NCBI GenBank assembly: GCA_963794325.1
Contig: CAWCDG010000002.1
Coordinates: forward strand, 320,001 to 384,000
DNA: 64,000 nt
Direction of reading: 5' to 3'
Source: an uncultured delta proteobacterium
GTDB lineage: Bacteria; Desulfobacterota; Binatia; Binatales; Binataceae
Shown here: positions 39,837 through 48,795 of the stretch, one piece after another
Position numbering within the stretch: position 1 is the stretch's first letter
How the letters are laid out: each line of letters starts with the position of its first letter
Position numbers and translations under genes: made by a program
The notes under the pieces: model-generated
Seen by the model: the letters and a program-made list of their open reading frames with translations, nothing else
What the model was told of the DNA's origin: nothing
Databases searched by the model: none

Positions 39837-40499
39837 TCACCCGGAGTAAAGCTGTAGGACTCCAGCCATACGCACCAAATCAGCTATTGAATCGGCGCCC
39901 ATCTTGGTCATCACGCTTGCGCGATGCGCCTTGACGGTCCGTTCGGTCGTTCCCAATTCGCCGGCGACCTGCTTGTTGAGTAAACCCGACGTGATGAGCA
40001 CGAAGACTTCACGCTCGCGGGAGGTCAGAGAGCGATGCCGCTCTTCAAGTTCGACGAGCTGCGATCTCTCAGCGCGACGGCGGCGGGAAAGTTCGGCGCC
40101 GCGAGCTATTGAGCTCAAAATGGCATGATCATCAAGCGGCTTTTCAAGAAAATCCACGGCGCCTTTCCGCATCGCGTGCATCCCGAGCGACAGATCGCCG
40201 TGACCGGTAATGAAAACAATCGACGCAAAGGGAATGGTGCGGCTGAGTTCCTCCTGCAGCTGCAACCCGTTCATTTTGGGCAGGTAGATATCGGCCACGA
40301 CACAATCGAATTCTCGCGCATCGGAAGCTTCGAGAAGCTCTTCGGCGCAAGTGTAGGCAACGACTTCGAGACCGGCGGTGCTGAGCTGGAACGAGAGGGC
40401 TTGCCGCATACTCTCGTCGTCCTCGATAACCGCGACCTTGATGCGCGCGGATGTCGCCGCAGAGCCGAAGTCCTCAACTTTAATCTTTGCGATCGACAC
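39837..40499 (-). CDS. FixJ/NodW-type response regulator (REC plus LuxR HTH)
   Basis: IEDD, ADIYLP, FITGHGD, GAVDFLEKP, LTSREREV...NKQVAGELGTTERTVKAHR. Confidence 0.92.
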   Translation of the reverse strand: MSIAKIKVEDFGSAATSARIKVAVIEDDESMRQALSFQLSTAGLEVVAYTCAEELLEASDAREFDCVVADIYLPKMNGLQLQEELSRTIPFASIVFITGHGDLSLGMHAMRKGAVDFLEKPLDDHAILSSIARGAELSRRRRAERSQLVELEERHRSLTSREREVFVLITSGLLNKQVAGELGTTERTVKAHRASVMTKMGADSIADLVRMAGVLQLYSG

Positions 40500-40739
40500 G
40501 AATTCACTCCCCAGAGAATTTCACCGCGAAGCTTGGCAAAATAGTACAAATCGTTCATGGAAACGAGCAAATGGACTCTGGTCAGACATGATTCGCCTTT
40601 GTTTCCCTGGAGAACAGGTCTCGCTCGCGCCTCCAACGACTACGCATCGTAGCCAGATTGCCGATTCGTACGATAGGGACGGTGTTCTGTATTGCGGGTT
40701 CGCTGCGATCGTGAATGGAATGCTTTCGAGATTTGATCA

Positions 40740-43121
40740 TTGAGCAGGAAGAAAAAGCCGCCGCGCTCGCAATTGCCTGCCGCGTCGTCAAAGCCTCGAC
40801 TCCTTTGGTTGCTTCCTTTAATTGCGCTGTCTGGAGTGGCGGTCGCGCTTGTGCTCCGACGGGCGCCAGAACCGGCCTCTCCGGTCGCAACAACACCTGT
40901 CGTGCTCGGCGCGAAATTCGTCGGTGCAGCAGAATGCGCGACCTGTCATCAGCACGAGAACGAACTCTGGCACGGATCGCATCATCAATTGGCCATGCAG
41001 CCGGCGACGGATTCGACAGTGCTGGGCGACTTCAATCACGCGAGCTTCGACAACAATGGCGTCACGTCAAACTTCTTCCGCAAGGGTTCGAAGTTCATGG
41101 TGCGCACCGACGGCCCGGGCGGTGCGCTTCATGACTACGAAATCGGGTACACGTTCGGTGTTTATCCGCTCCAGCAATATCTGATCGCGATGCCGGGCGG
41201 ACGCTTGCAGGCGTTGGGGATCGCGTGGGACACACGGCCGCGCGAGAGTGGTGGCCAGCGGTGGTTCTTTCTATACCCGGGCCAGAAGATAACGCCGCGC
41301 GATTCTCGCCACTGGACCGGTATCGATCAGAACTGGAACTACATGTGTGCCGATTGCCATTCGACCAACCTGCGCAAAAACTACGACGCCCGCACGCGCA
41401 CGTTTGCGACTTCCTACTCGGAGATCGATGTGTCGTGCGAGGCTTGTCACGGTCCCGGTTCGAACCACGTGACATGGGCGAAGAAGCAGGGCGATTGGGA
41501 GAAACTTGACGCGACCCAAGGCCTCACGATCGCACTTGACGAGCGCAAAGGCGTTGCTTGGCAGATTGATCCTGCGACCGGGAATGCGCGTCGAAGCTCT
41601 GCGCGTCAATCAGAGCGAGAGATTGAGACGTGCGCGCGATGCCATGCGCGGCGCGGCGAGATCGACGAAGACTATGTACATGGTCAGCCGGTGGGCGACG
41701 ATTACCGCGTCGCGCTGCTCGATGAGGACCACTATTTTCCTGACGGCCAGATAAAAGAGGAGGACTACGAATACGGCTCCTTCATCCAGAGCAGAATGTT
41801 CCACGCGGGTGTGACGTGTAGCGATTGCCACGAGCCGCACAGTTCCAGGCTTCGGGCCGAAGGCAATGGCGTGTGCGCGCAATGTCATTCGGCGCAAAAG
41901 TACGACTCGCCGGCCCATCATTTTCACAAAGTGGGATCGGCGGGCGCGCGATGCGTCGAGTGTCATATGCCAACGCGCACGTATATGGTCGTCGACGCGC
42001 GTCGGGACCATAGCATCAGGATTCCGCGTCCCGACTTGTCGATAAAGCTGGGCACTCCCAACGCTTGCACCAATTGTCATAACGACAAGTCCGCCCAGTG
42101 GGCATCTGATTCAGTGAACAAATGGTACGGTCACGCACCGGACGGATTTCAACACTTTGCTGAGACGCTAAATGCCGGATCGCAGGGAGCACCGGGCGCA
42201 CAACAATCGCTTGAGCGGTTAGTCGCGGACCTGGGGCAGCCGGCGATTGCCCGCGCCACGGCACTTTCGATGCTCGCCGCTTTCGCGCCGCCTCCAACCG
42301 ACGAGGCGGTTCGCGCCGGAGTCGGCGACCATTGGCCGTTGGTGCGTCGCTCGTCAGCTCGCGCATTGTCCAACGGCGATCCTGCGGCCAGCGCGAATGC
42401 ACTAACGCCGCTGCTTAGTGATCCTGTGCGCGCTGTGAGGATTGAAGCCGCAGAAGTGTTAGCTGGGTTACCCGCGAATAACTTACCCGCGGATGATGCC
42501 GCTGCTTTCAATCGCGCCACCGATGAATACATTAGTGCACAGGAACTGAACGCGAACCGCCCCGAAGCGCACATGAATCTTGGGTTGCTGTATGCGAGAG
42601 AGAATCACCTGGATAAGGCGGAGGCGGAACTCAAGACGTCACTGTTGCTCGACCCGAGCTTTGCCCCGGGAGCCGTCAACCTTGCCGACCTTTATCGCGC
42701 ACAGAACCGGGACGATGAAGGCGAACGCGTCCTCAAGGAAGCGCTCAGTCGTTCACCAGATGACGCGTCGCTGCAGCACGCGCTAGGTCTCCTGATGGTG
42801 CGTCAGAAGCACGGTGCCGAAGCACTCGACCTGCTAGGGGCAGCGTCGCACAGCGATCCTGGCAATGCGCGCTATGCCTACGTTTACGCGATCGCGTTAA
42901 ATGATGCAGGAAAGACTGCCGCCGCAATCAGCACACTGGACAGTTCTATCAAGGCGCATCCTTATGACCGCGATTCACTTGCCGCGCTTGTCGGCTTCCT
43001 GCAACAGTCAGGTGATTCTGCCAAAGCGCTGACCTATGCAAATCGGCTCAATGACCTCGAGCCTGACAATCCGCAAGTTCAACAGATGCTGAAGGACCTA
43101 CATGAGCATTCCCATGGCTGA
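40740..43121 (+). CDS. Octaheme c-type cytochrome fused to HEAT-like and TPR repeats
   Basis: Eight CxxCH motifs (CATCH, CADCH, CEACH, CARCH, CSDCH, CAQCH, CVECH, CTNCH); N-terminal TM; LLSDPVRAVRIEAA; C-terminal TPRs. Confidence 0.9.
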   Translation: MSRKKKPPRSQLPAASSKPRLLWLLPLIALSGVAVALVLRRAPEPASPVATTPVVLGAKFVGAAECATCHQHENELWHGSHHQLAMQPATDSTVLGDFNHASFDNNGVTSNFFRKGSKFMVRTDGPGGALHDYEIGYTFGVYPLQQYLIAMPGGRLQALGIAWDTRPRESGGQRWFFLYPGQKITPRDSRHWTGIDQNWNYMCADCHSTNLRKNYDARTRTFATSYSEIDVSCEACHGPGSNHVTWAKKQGDWEKLDATQGLTIALDERKGVAWQIDPATGNARRSSARQSEREIETCARCHARRGEIDEDYVHGQPVGDDYRVALLDEDHYFPDGQIKEEDYEYGSFIQSRMFHAGVTCSDCHEPHSSRLRAEGNGVCAQCHSAQKYDSPAHHFHKVGSAGARCVECHMPTRTYMVVDARRDHSIRIPRPDLSIKLGTPNACTNCHNDKSAQWASDSVNKWYGHAPDGFQHFAETLNAGSQGAPGAQQSLERLVADLGQPAIARATALSMLAAFAPPPTDEAVRAGVGDHWPLVRRSSARALSNGDPAASANALTPLLSDPVRAVRIEAAEVLAGLPANNLPADDAAAFNRATDEYISAQELNANRPEAHMNLGLLYARENHLDKAEAELKTSLLLDPSFAPGAVNLADLYRAQNRDDEGERVLKEALSRSPDDASLQHALGLLMVRQKHGAEALDLLGAASHSDPGNARYAYVYAIALNDAGKTAAAISTLDSSIKAHPYDRDSLAALVGFLQQSGDSAKALTYANRLNDLEPDNPQVQQMLKDLHEHSHG

Positions 43122-44190
43122 TTCGTCGGTAGATGGCAAAGGACGAGCTCCGATCGAGCTATGGATTGCTGGTGCCGCTGCAATCCTACTCGGCGCTCTG
43201 TGCCTTCTTGTACTAAGGCCTTTTATATCTGCCTCGTTGTGGGCGGTGATCCTCTGCTTCACGACCTGGCCGATGTTCCTGAGGCTGGAATCGATTCTGG
43301 GCGGACGACGAACACTGTCGGCGCTGCTAGCTACTTTGTTCCTGGCCGCGGTTATAGTCGTTCCCGTTGCGATCCTTGGAGCCACGCTGGCTGACAACGT
43401 ATCGAGCTTGATCGCGGCAAGTCAGAAACTCATCCAGCAGGGCCCTCCGAGTCCGCCTGACTGGGTCGCGAGTGTGCCGCTGATTGGCAGCCGCCTCGCT
43501 GACTATTGGAACTACTTGAATGAGAGCAGTTCGGTGAGGCTGCAGGAGTTAGCGCGGCTATTGCCTGCTGCCAAAACAATCGTCATATGGGGCGGTGGCG
43601 CTTTGGCCGCCGGAATCTTTCAGATCACTTTGAGCTTACTGATTGCGTTCTTTTTCTATCGCGACGGACAAGCCGCGGCGAATCAACTCCACGCCGCGCT
43701 TCGTCGGATCGCAGGGGGGAGCGGCGAGCGCCTTCTTGATCTCGCGGGCGCGACAATTCGGGCCGTCGTTTACGGTGTTCTTGGAACCGCACTTCTGCAG
43801 GGCGTAGTCGCCGCTATCGGCTTCGCTATCGCGAGAGTCCCTGGAGCTGTATCGCTGGGATTCGTCACCTTTGTGATGTCGTTTATTCCAGGCGGACCGG
43901 TGATCGTCGCGGCACCGGCTGCCTTCTGGCTCTATCGGCAAGGATCGATGGCGTGGGCGGTCTTTATGCTGGTGTGGGGATTGATGGTCGGGATGCTGGA
44001 CAATGTCGTGAAGCCTTTGCTCATCAGTCGCGGCGGATCGACCCCGATGATTCTCGTAATGTTAGGAGTTCTAGGAGGAGCGCTCGCCTTCGGTGTTATC
44101 GGGATGTTCCTTGGACCGACGCTGGTGGCATTGGGATATAGCCTTTTGGAGCAATGGGCCGTGTCCGCGAGCGAAGTGCGGCAAGCTTGA
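43102..44190 (+). CDS. AI-2E family transporter (YdiK-like)
   Basis: PFISASLWAVILCFTTWP, FFFYRDG, GVLGTALLQG, DNVVKP, GVLGGALAFGVIGMFLGP. Confidence 0.9.
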   Translation: MSIPMADSSVDGKGRAPIELWIAGAAAILLGALCLLVLRPFISASLWAVILCFTTWPMFLRLESILGGRRTLSALLATLFLAAVIVVPVAILGATLADNVSSLIAASQKLIQQGPPSPPDWVASVPLIGSRLADYWNYLNESSSVRLQELARLLPAAKTIVIWGGGALAAGIFQITLSLLIAFFFYRDGQAAANQLHAALRRIAGGSGERLLDLAGATIRAVVYGVLGTALLQGVVAAIGFAIARVPGAVSLGFVTFVMSFIPGGPVIVAAPAAFWLYRQGSMAWAVFMLVWGLMVGMLDNVVKPLLISRGGSTPMILVMLGVLGGALAFGVIGMFLGPTLVALGYSLLEQWAVSASEVRQA

Positions 44191-44209
44191 TATCGACTGT
44201 ATTACCCGA

Positions 44210-47200
44210 TCACGGTCCGGTTCCTGTCAGGCCGATGTTGTGCGGGCTGGTTGGGTCGCTCGCGACGGTCACCGTCATGGTCGCGCTCTCCGCGGCACCG
44301 CCGGCGGTGGGCGTGAACTTCACCGCTATCGTGCACGACGAGTGTGGCGCCGTCGATGTTCCGCAGGTGCCGCCGGCGACTGCAAAGTCACTCGAGTTCG
44401 CGCCGCTGAAGCTCTCGCCCAACGGCAGCGAGAATCCCGACAAGTTGGTGACTGTCGCGTTCAGCGTCTTCGACGCCTTCGTCAGTGTGCCGTACGCGAT
44501 CGAAGTCGGCGCGACTGTCGCTGGTATGGTCGGTCCGGTGCTTATCGCTATGGTATGTGGACTGAGTGGATCGGGACTGTCAGCGATCGACAGCGTCGCC
44601 GATTCTGTTCCCAGCGCGCCCGGCTTAAACGTTACGAATATCGAGCACGCTTGGCCAGCGCCAAGGGTTGTCGCGCACGTTCCGCCAGTTACGAAGAAGT
44701 CGGCCGCATTCGTTCCGCCGAAGCTTTCGCTGAGAGTCACTGTCCGGGTCTGATGATTGGTCACGCTCAAGGACAGCAACGCCTTGCCGCCAAACTTCAC
44801 GCTTCCGAATACCAGGCTGCTCTTCGATGTGGTCAAACCGGCGATGCCGGCGCCCGATAAGGTCGAGTGCTGCGGGTTGGTAGTAGCATTGTCGAAGATC
44901 ATGAGCGTTGCACTGTGTGAACCGAGCGTGTTCGGCATGAACGCCACTCCTAGCGTGCAGCTGGTCTTGGGCGCGAGGGTGATTGGGATAGCACCGCATG
45001 TGCCCGTCCCACTTAGTGCATATTCAGCCGGGTCGGACGACGTCGTGCTCCCGATGATCAGCGGATGCGTCGCGCCGGTGTTATCGACCGTCAGATTCTT
45101 GGTAAGCGTCTGCCCCAAGGCAACATTGCCAAACGCGAGCGAAGCGGTCACGGACACGGTGGTGGTCGGTGTCGCAGTCGGCGTGGCTGTCGCAGTCGTG
45201 GTCGGTGTCGAGGTAGGTGTCGCCGTTCTGGTCGAGGTGGGAGTGGAAGAACTCGTTGGCGTAGTCGTGGAGGTCGCAGTCGGAGTAGCCGTGGCGGTCG
45301 CCGTTGCAGTAGCAGTCCTAGTAGCAGTAGGCGTTGCCGAAGGCGCGCCGCCGGTACCAAATGCTATCACGTTGGCCGAGTAGGCCGGGAAGTTGTACGA
45401 GAAATTTGTCGATAGCCCCGTTATAGGAGTACTAGCGATATTGGCAGAACCGACACCCGTCTTCGCCGCATTGTCCTGTGGTATGCCATAAGAGTACAGC
45501 GTCCCGCTGCTGCCCGGCGACGCGCCGCTGACGCTGATGTTGGTGTTGAACGCATTGCTCGGGCTCTTGTTCACGACCAGCAGCGTTAACCCTCCGGCAG
45601 TGCGCTCTGCGGCGCAAACGCTGACGAGAGGATAATCGCTGGCAGCGCCGACGAGTTGGTCGCCGCCACGTGCAAAGTGTTGCAAGAGCCTGTCGACATA
45701 AAACGTAGGATAGGTATCAGCGGGCCCTGCCGGATCGACACTGTCGGTAATGCCATAATCGCCGTACTGACGCCATCCGTAGAGCGATGAGGAATTGTTG
45801 TTGGTGGTTTCCTGACCGTTGCGCAAATCCCACCATACGACCGAATTAAACTCGGTGTTCATCGCGGCGCAGATACTGTCGGCGAGGAACAGACCGTTGA
45901 CCAGACTGGTCGTTTGCTTGCCGGGGTTCGAATAGACGGAATTGTTTTCAGTGCAGTCCAGCTCGACACCGCCGGCAGCAGCGGCAAGGTAGTCGTTCAA
46001 CTGCTGACGCAGATCGGCGGCGTCAGTAGTCCAGGTACCATTGGAAAGGAGCAGACCCGGATCGCTCTCGGCACCGGGCGCTTGCGCGTAGCGATGGTAA
46101 ATCAGGAAATCCGGCGTCACGCCGAGGCTGTGCAGCGTAGCGAGCATCACCGGCGTCCATCCGTTGTGCGTTTGCCCAGTTCTCGGATTAACCACCGGAT
46201 GATTGGTGTTGTTCGCGTAACTGTCCTCGCCGGTGACAGCGACGGCGCCTATCTTGATTGTAGGATCGACTGCTTTCATCTGCGCGTAGTATTGCTTGAA
46301 GCGCTGCGCGTAGGTGTAAGGATCGTGAGCGACAGTGTTAATATCGGTTTCCCACGATCCATAGCACTCGTTCCCGATTTCCCAATATTTGAATCCATAG
46401 TGATGTGTTACGTTGGATTCATTGACCCATGCGGCTGCCTCGGCCGGCGTGCCCGATCCGTAGTTGACGGTGATGAAGGCTTGAGTGCCGACCGCGGTTG
46501 CTACCTGAGCAAAACTGTCGAAGGACGTTGCCCACTGCCACGTATTGCTGTCTGTAGTGTTCGTGGCCCAGTGATAGTCGTCGGAGAGGGATCCACCGGG
46601 GAAACGCAGCGCCTGCGCGCCCATCGAGGTCAACAGACTAATCGTGTTGCTCGTGTCGAAGTCGGAATCCCATACGGCGGTGTTAACTGCAAAGTGGCGC
46701 GCATCGACGACACGCACCGGCTGTGCCGCATTCACCGTAACGTTCACGACGCTCGGGGGCGGCTGCGCCGTGACTGAGATCGTGTCTACGAAGAACGCCG
46801 GCTGCGTGGTGCCGCTGCGATCCTGGATCCAGAATCCGTCGAGGTCAGGCTGATTCTGCACCCCCAGCGAAGACAGTGGGAGAGTGATTTGCCTCCAGGT
46901 GTTCGCGGCAAGAGCAGGCAGAGTCACGACGGTCTGCGCCGTGCCATTGAGCGTCGCCTGTACTTGCAGCAACTGGCCACCAACCGGGCCGCCGTTAATC
47001 CAGAAGACCAACGCGGCGTAGGAGCTGGAATCGAAAGCGGCTTGATGCAGGTAGAGCGCCTGGTAAGGACCCGCGCTAACGCTGATGGAGTCGGTTCCTG
47101 ATTGTACCGGCGTCGTGTTGCTCAGATTCACTGTCGCCCAGCTCCAGTTCTGCCAGCCGTTGACCAGGGCGTCCGAATAAACGGACTGGTCGGTTTGCGC

Positions 47201-47293
47201 GTGGGCGATAGCGGGCAGCGCAACGCAGCACAGCAGCGGCGTCAAAACCGTAAGGAGCGATCGCATGCGGCGCGATATGACAGAAAGAGTCAT
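44210..47293 (-). CDS. Secreted multidomain glycoside hydrolase (clan GH-A, GH51-like) with a CBM-like N-domain, Pro/Thr linker and three Ig-like (choice-of-anchor D/ASH-like) domains
   Basis: Signal peptide ending AHA-Q; GWQNWSW domain; LRFPGGS, ITVNYG, YWEIGNE, CTENN; TPTATATATP linker; repeated FG.V...GTC...L.P..SC...V.F.P units. Confidence 0.75.
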   Translation of the reverse strand: MTLSVISRRMRSLLTVLTPLLCCVALPAIAHAQTDQSVYSDALVNGWQNWSWATVNLSNTTPVQSGTDSISVSAGPYQALYLHQAAFDSSSYAALVFWINGGPVGGQLLQVQATLNGTAQTVVTLPALAANTWRQITLPLSSLGVQNQPDLDGFWIQDRSGTTQPAFFVDTISVTAQPPPSVVNVTVNAAQPVRVVDARHFAVNTAVWDSDFDTSNTISLLTSMGAQALRFPGGSLSDDYHWATNTTDSNTWQWATSFDSFAQVATAVGTQAFITVNYGSGTPAEAAAWVNESNVTHHYGFKYWEIGNECYGSWETDINTVAHDPYTYAQRFKQYYAQMKAVDPTIKIGAVAVTGEDSYANNTNHPVVNPRTGQTHNGWTPVMLATLHSLGVTPDFLIYHRYAQAPGAESDPGLLLSNGTWTTDAADLRQQLNDYLAAAAGGVELDCTENNSVYSNPGKQTTSLVNGLFLADSICAAMNTEFNSVVWWDLRNGQETTNNNSSSLYGWRQYGDYGITDSVDPAGPADTYPTFYVDRLLQHFARGGDQLVGAASDYPLVSVCAAERTAGGLTLLVVNKSPSNAFNTNISVSGASPGSSGTLYSYGIPQDNAAKTGVGSANIASTPITGLSTNFSYNFPAYSANVIAFGTGGAPSATPTATRTATATATATATPTATSTTTPTSSSTPTSTRTATPTSTPTTTATATPTATPTTTVSVTASLAFGNVALGQTLTKNLTVDNTGATHPLIIGSTTSSDPAEYALSGTGTCGAIPITLAPKTSCTLGVAFMPNTLGSHSATLMIFDNATTNPQHSTLSGAGIAGLTTSKSSLVFGSVKFGGKALLSLSVTNHQTRTVTLSESFGGTNAADFFVTGGTCATTLGAGQACSIFVTFKPGALGTESATLSIADSPDPLSPHTIAISTGPTIPATVAPTSIAYGTLTKASKTLNATVTNLSGFSLPLGESFSGANSSDFAVAGGTCGTSTAPHSSCTIAVKFTPTAGGAAESATMTVTVASDPTSPHNIGLTGTGP

Positions 47294-47477
47294 ATTATTA
47301 CAATATGTATAATCGAATCGCGTCGGAGAGCAAAGAGAGTCTCGACAGTTTGCCAAACGTCGCCGTCAAAATGGGCAAAGAGCCATCCGCTGGCGACTTG
47401 GGCCAAGCGCGGCGTACTTTTTCCGCTTCTTCAAAAGGTTGAAGTCTTCGGAAACTCAACCGGTTTCGCCGGGAAGG

Positions 47478-47503
47478 TATTGTACTTTGGTACAATAGCC
47501 GGA
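47478..47503. promoter_or_regulatory. Putative operator, copy 2 (TATTGTAC-TTTG-GTACAATAGCCGGA)
   Basis: Perfect 8-bp inverted arms TATTGTAC/GTACAATA about 100 bp upstream of the 47603 operon; matches 37725-37750. Confidence 0.75.
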
Positions 47504-47602
47504 AACTTCTATGCGACGCAGAATGTGTTCCTCGAAACTCAAGTTCAACTCTCTCGATGGCGCTGAAGCGAGAGAACAGAATTGGGATCAAGGAGAACAC
47601 GC

Positions 47603-47920
47603 ATGTGGAATGCAAAAGCGGTGCTCCGTCGGATTGTCGTGCCCGCCGTCGGCGTCCTTACCGTGCTCTGGTTCGCTGGAGTAACCAGCGCTCAGTACGG
47701 TCAGTACCCGGTACTGGACCGGGTCGCCAATAAAGTAATTCAGAAATACCAGAACTCATCTTGCGAGCAATTGTGGCAGGAGCGAGGGCAGCCGAAATCG
47801 CAGCGGGAACAGGAGGCGGTTAACTTTCTGCACAACGATCCGCAGATGCGCAGGATGTTCATCGACCGAGTAGCGGCGCCTATCGCGAACAAGATGTTCG
47901 AATGCGGGATGATACCATGA
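47603..47920 (+). CDS. Small secreted helical hypothetical protein with two Cys
   Basis: AAGGAG RBS, signal peptide, KVIQKYQNSSCEQLW...AAPIANKMFECGMIP; ATGA overlap with the next gene. Confidence 0.8.
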   Translation: MWNAKAVLRRIVVPAVGVLTVLWFAGVTSAQYGQYPVLDRVANKVIQKYQNSSCEQLWQERGQPKSQREQEAVNFLHNDPQMRRMFIDRVAAPIANKMFECGMIP

Positions 47921-48784
47921 GCGCCGCAACTCGATACCAATCAACCTGCGCTCTGCTAATCGCGTTCAGCGTATTTCTGAGCATGCCTGCCAATGCCCAG
48001 ACCGCGCACAAGGTCTCGAAGCCTTCGAAGGCGGCGGTCCAGGCTATGCCGGCGCCCGCGCCGGTGCTCGAGCCCAAGGCTATCGCGATTCTGAAAGCCG
48101 CATGCGCCAAGCTTGCCGCAGCCCATTCGATGTCCTTCACCGCGGTCATCAGCTACGAGAACCCGAGCCGGCTTGGCCCTCCGCTCATCTATACCGTACG
48201 CGACGATGTAACTTTGCAGCGTCCCGACAAACTCAAGGTGATAACACCGGGTGACGGTCCTGCCAACGAGTTCTACTATGACGGCAAGACCATGTCCGCG
48301 TATCGCACCGGCTGAGAACCTCATCGCAGTGGCCAGTGCGCCGCCGACGATCGACGCGATGCTGGATGCGGCCCAGCGAGATGCCGCCATTTACTACCCC
48401 TTCACCGATGTGATCGTCGCCGATCCTTATAAGGGGATCGCCGATGGGATGACGACCGCCTTCTACATTGGGCAATCGCACGTGATGGGAGGGGTCACGA
48501 CGGACATGGTCGCAGTCAACAACAGCTGGGTGTTTGAACAACTCTGGATCGGTGCCGACGACAAGCTGCCCCGGATGGCTCGCGCAGTATTCCACGCCGA
48601 CCCAGTCGGATTGCGCCATCAGATCGAATTCTCTAATTGGCAAATCGATCCAGTAATTGCCGCGGATGCTTTCACATCGCCCGGCCTCGCATCGGCGAAG
48701 CGAATCTCGTTCAGCCGACCGGACCCGCAGCTACCGCCAGGTATCAAGCCTCCGAAGCGCACCATGTCATCGACGGCAAATTGA
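47917..48784 (+). pseudogene. DUF2092 family periplasmic protein with an apparent +1 frameshift near 48304
   Basis: EPKAIAILKA...LQRPDKL...EFYYDGKTMSAY then APAENL...APPTIDA...QLWIGADDKLPR in the next frame (TAT-C-GCA). Confidence 0.75.
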
Positions 48785-48795
48785 GGAGTCGCATC

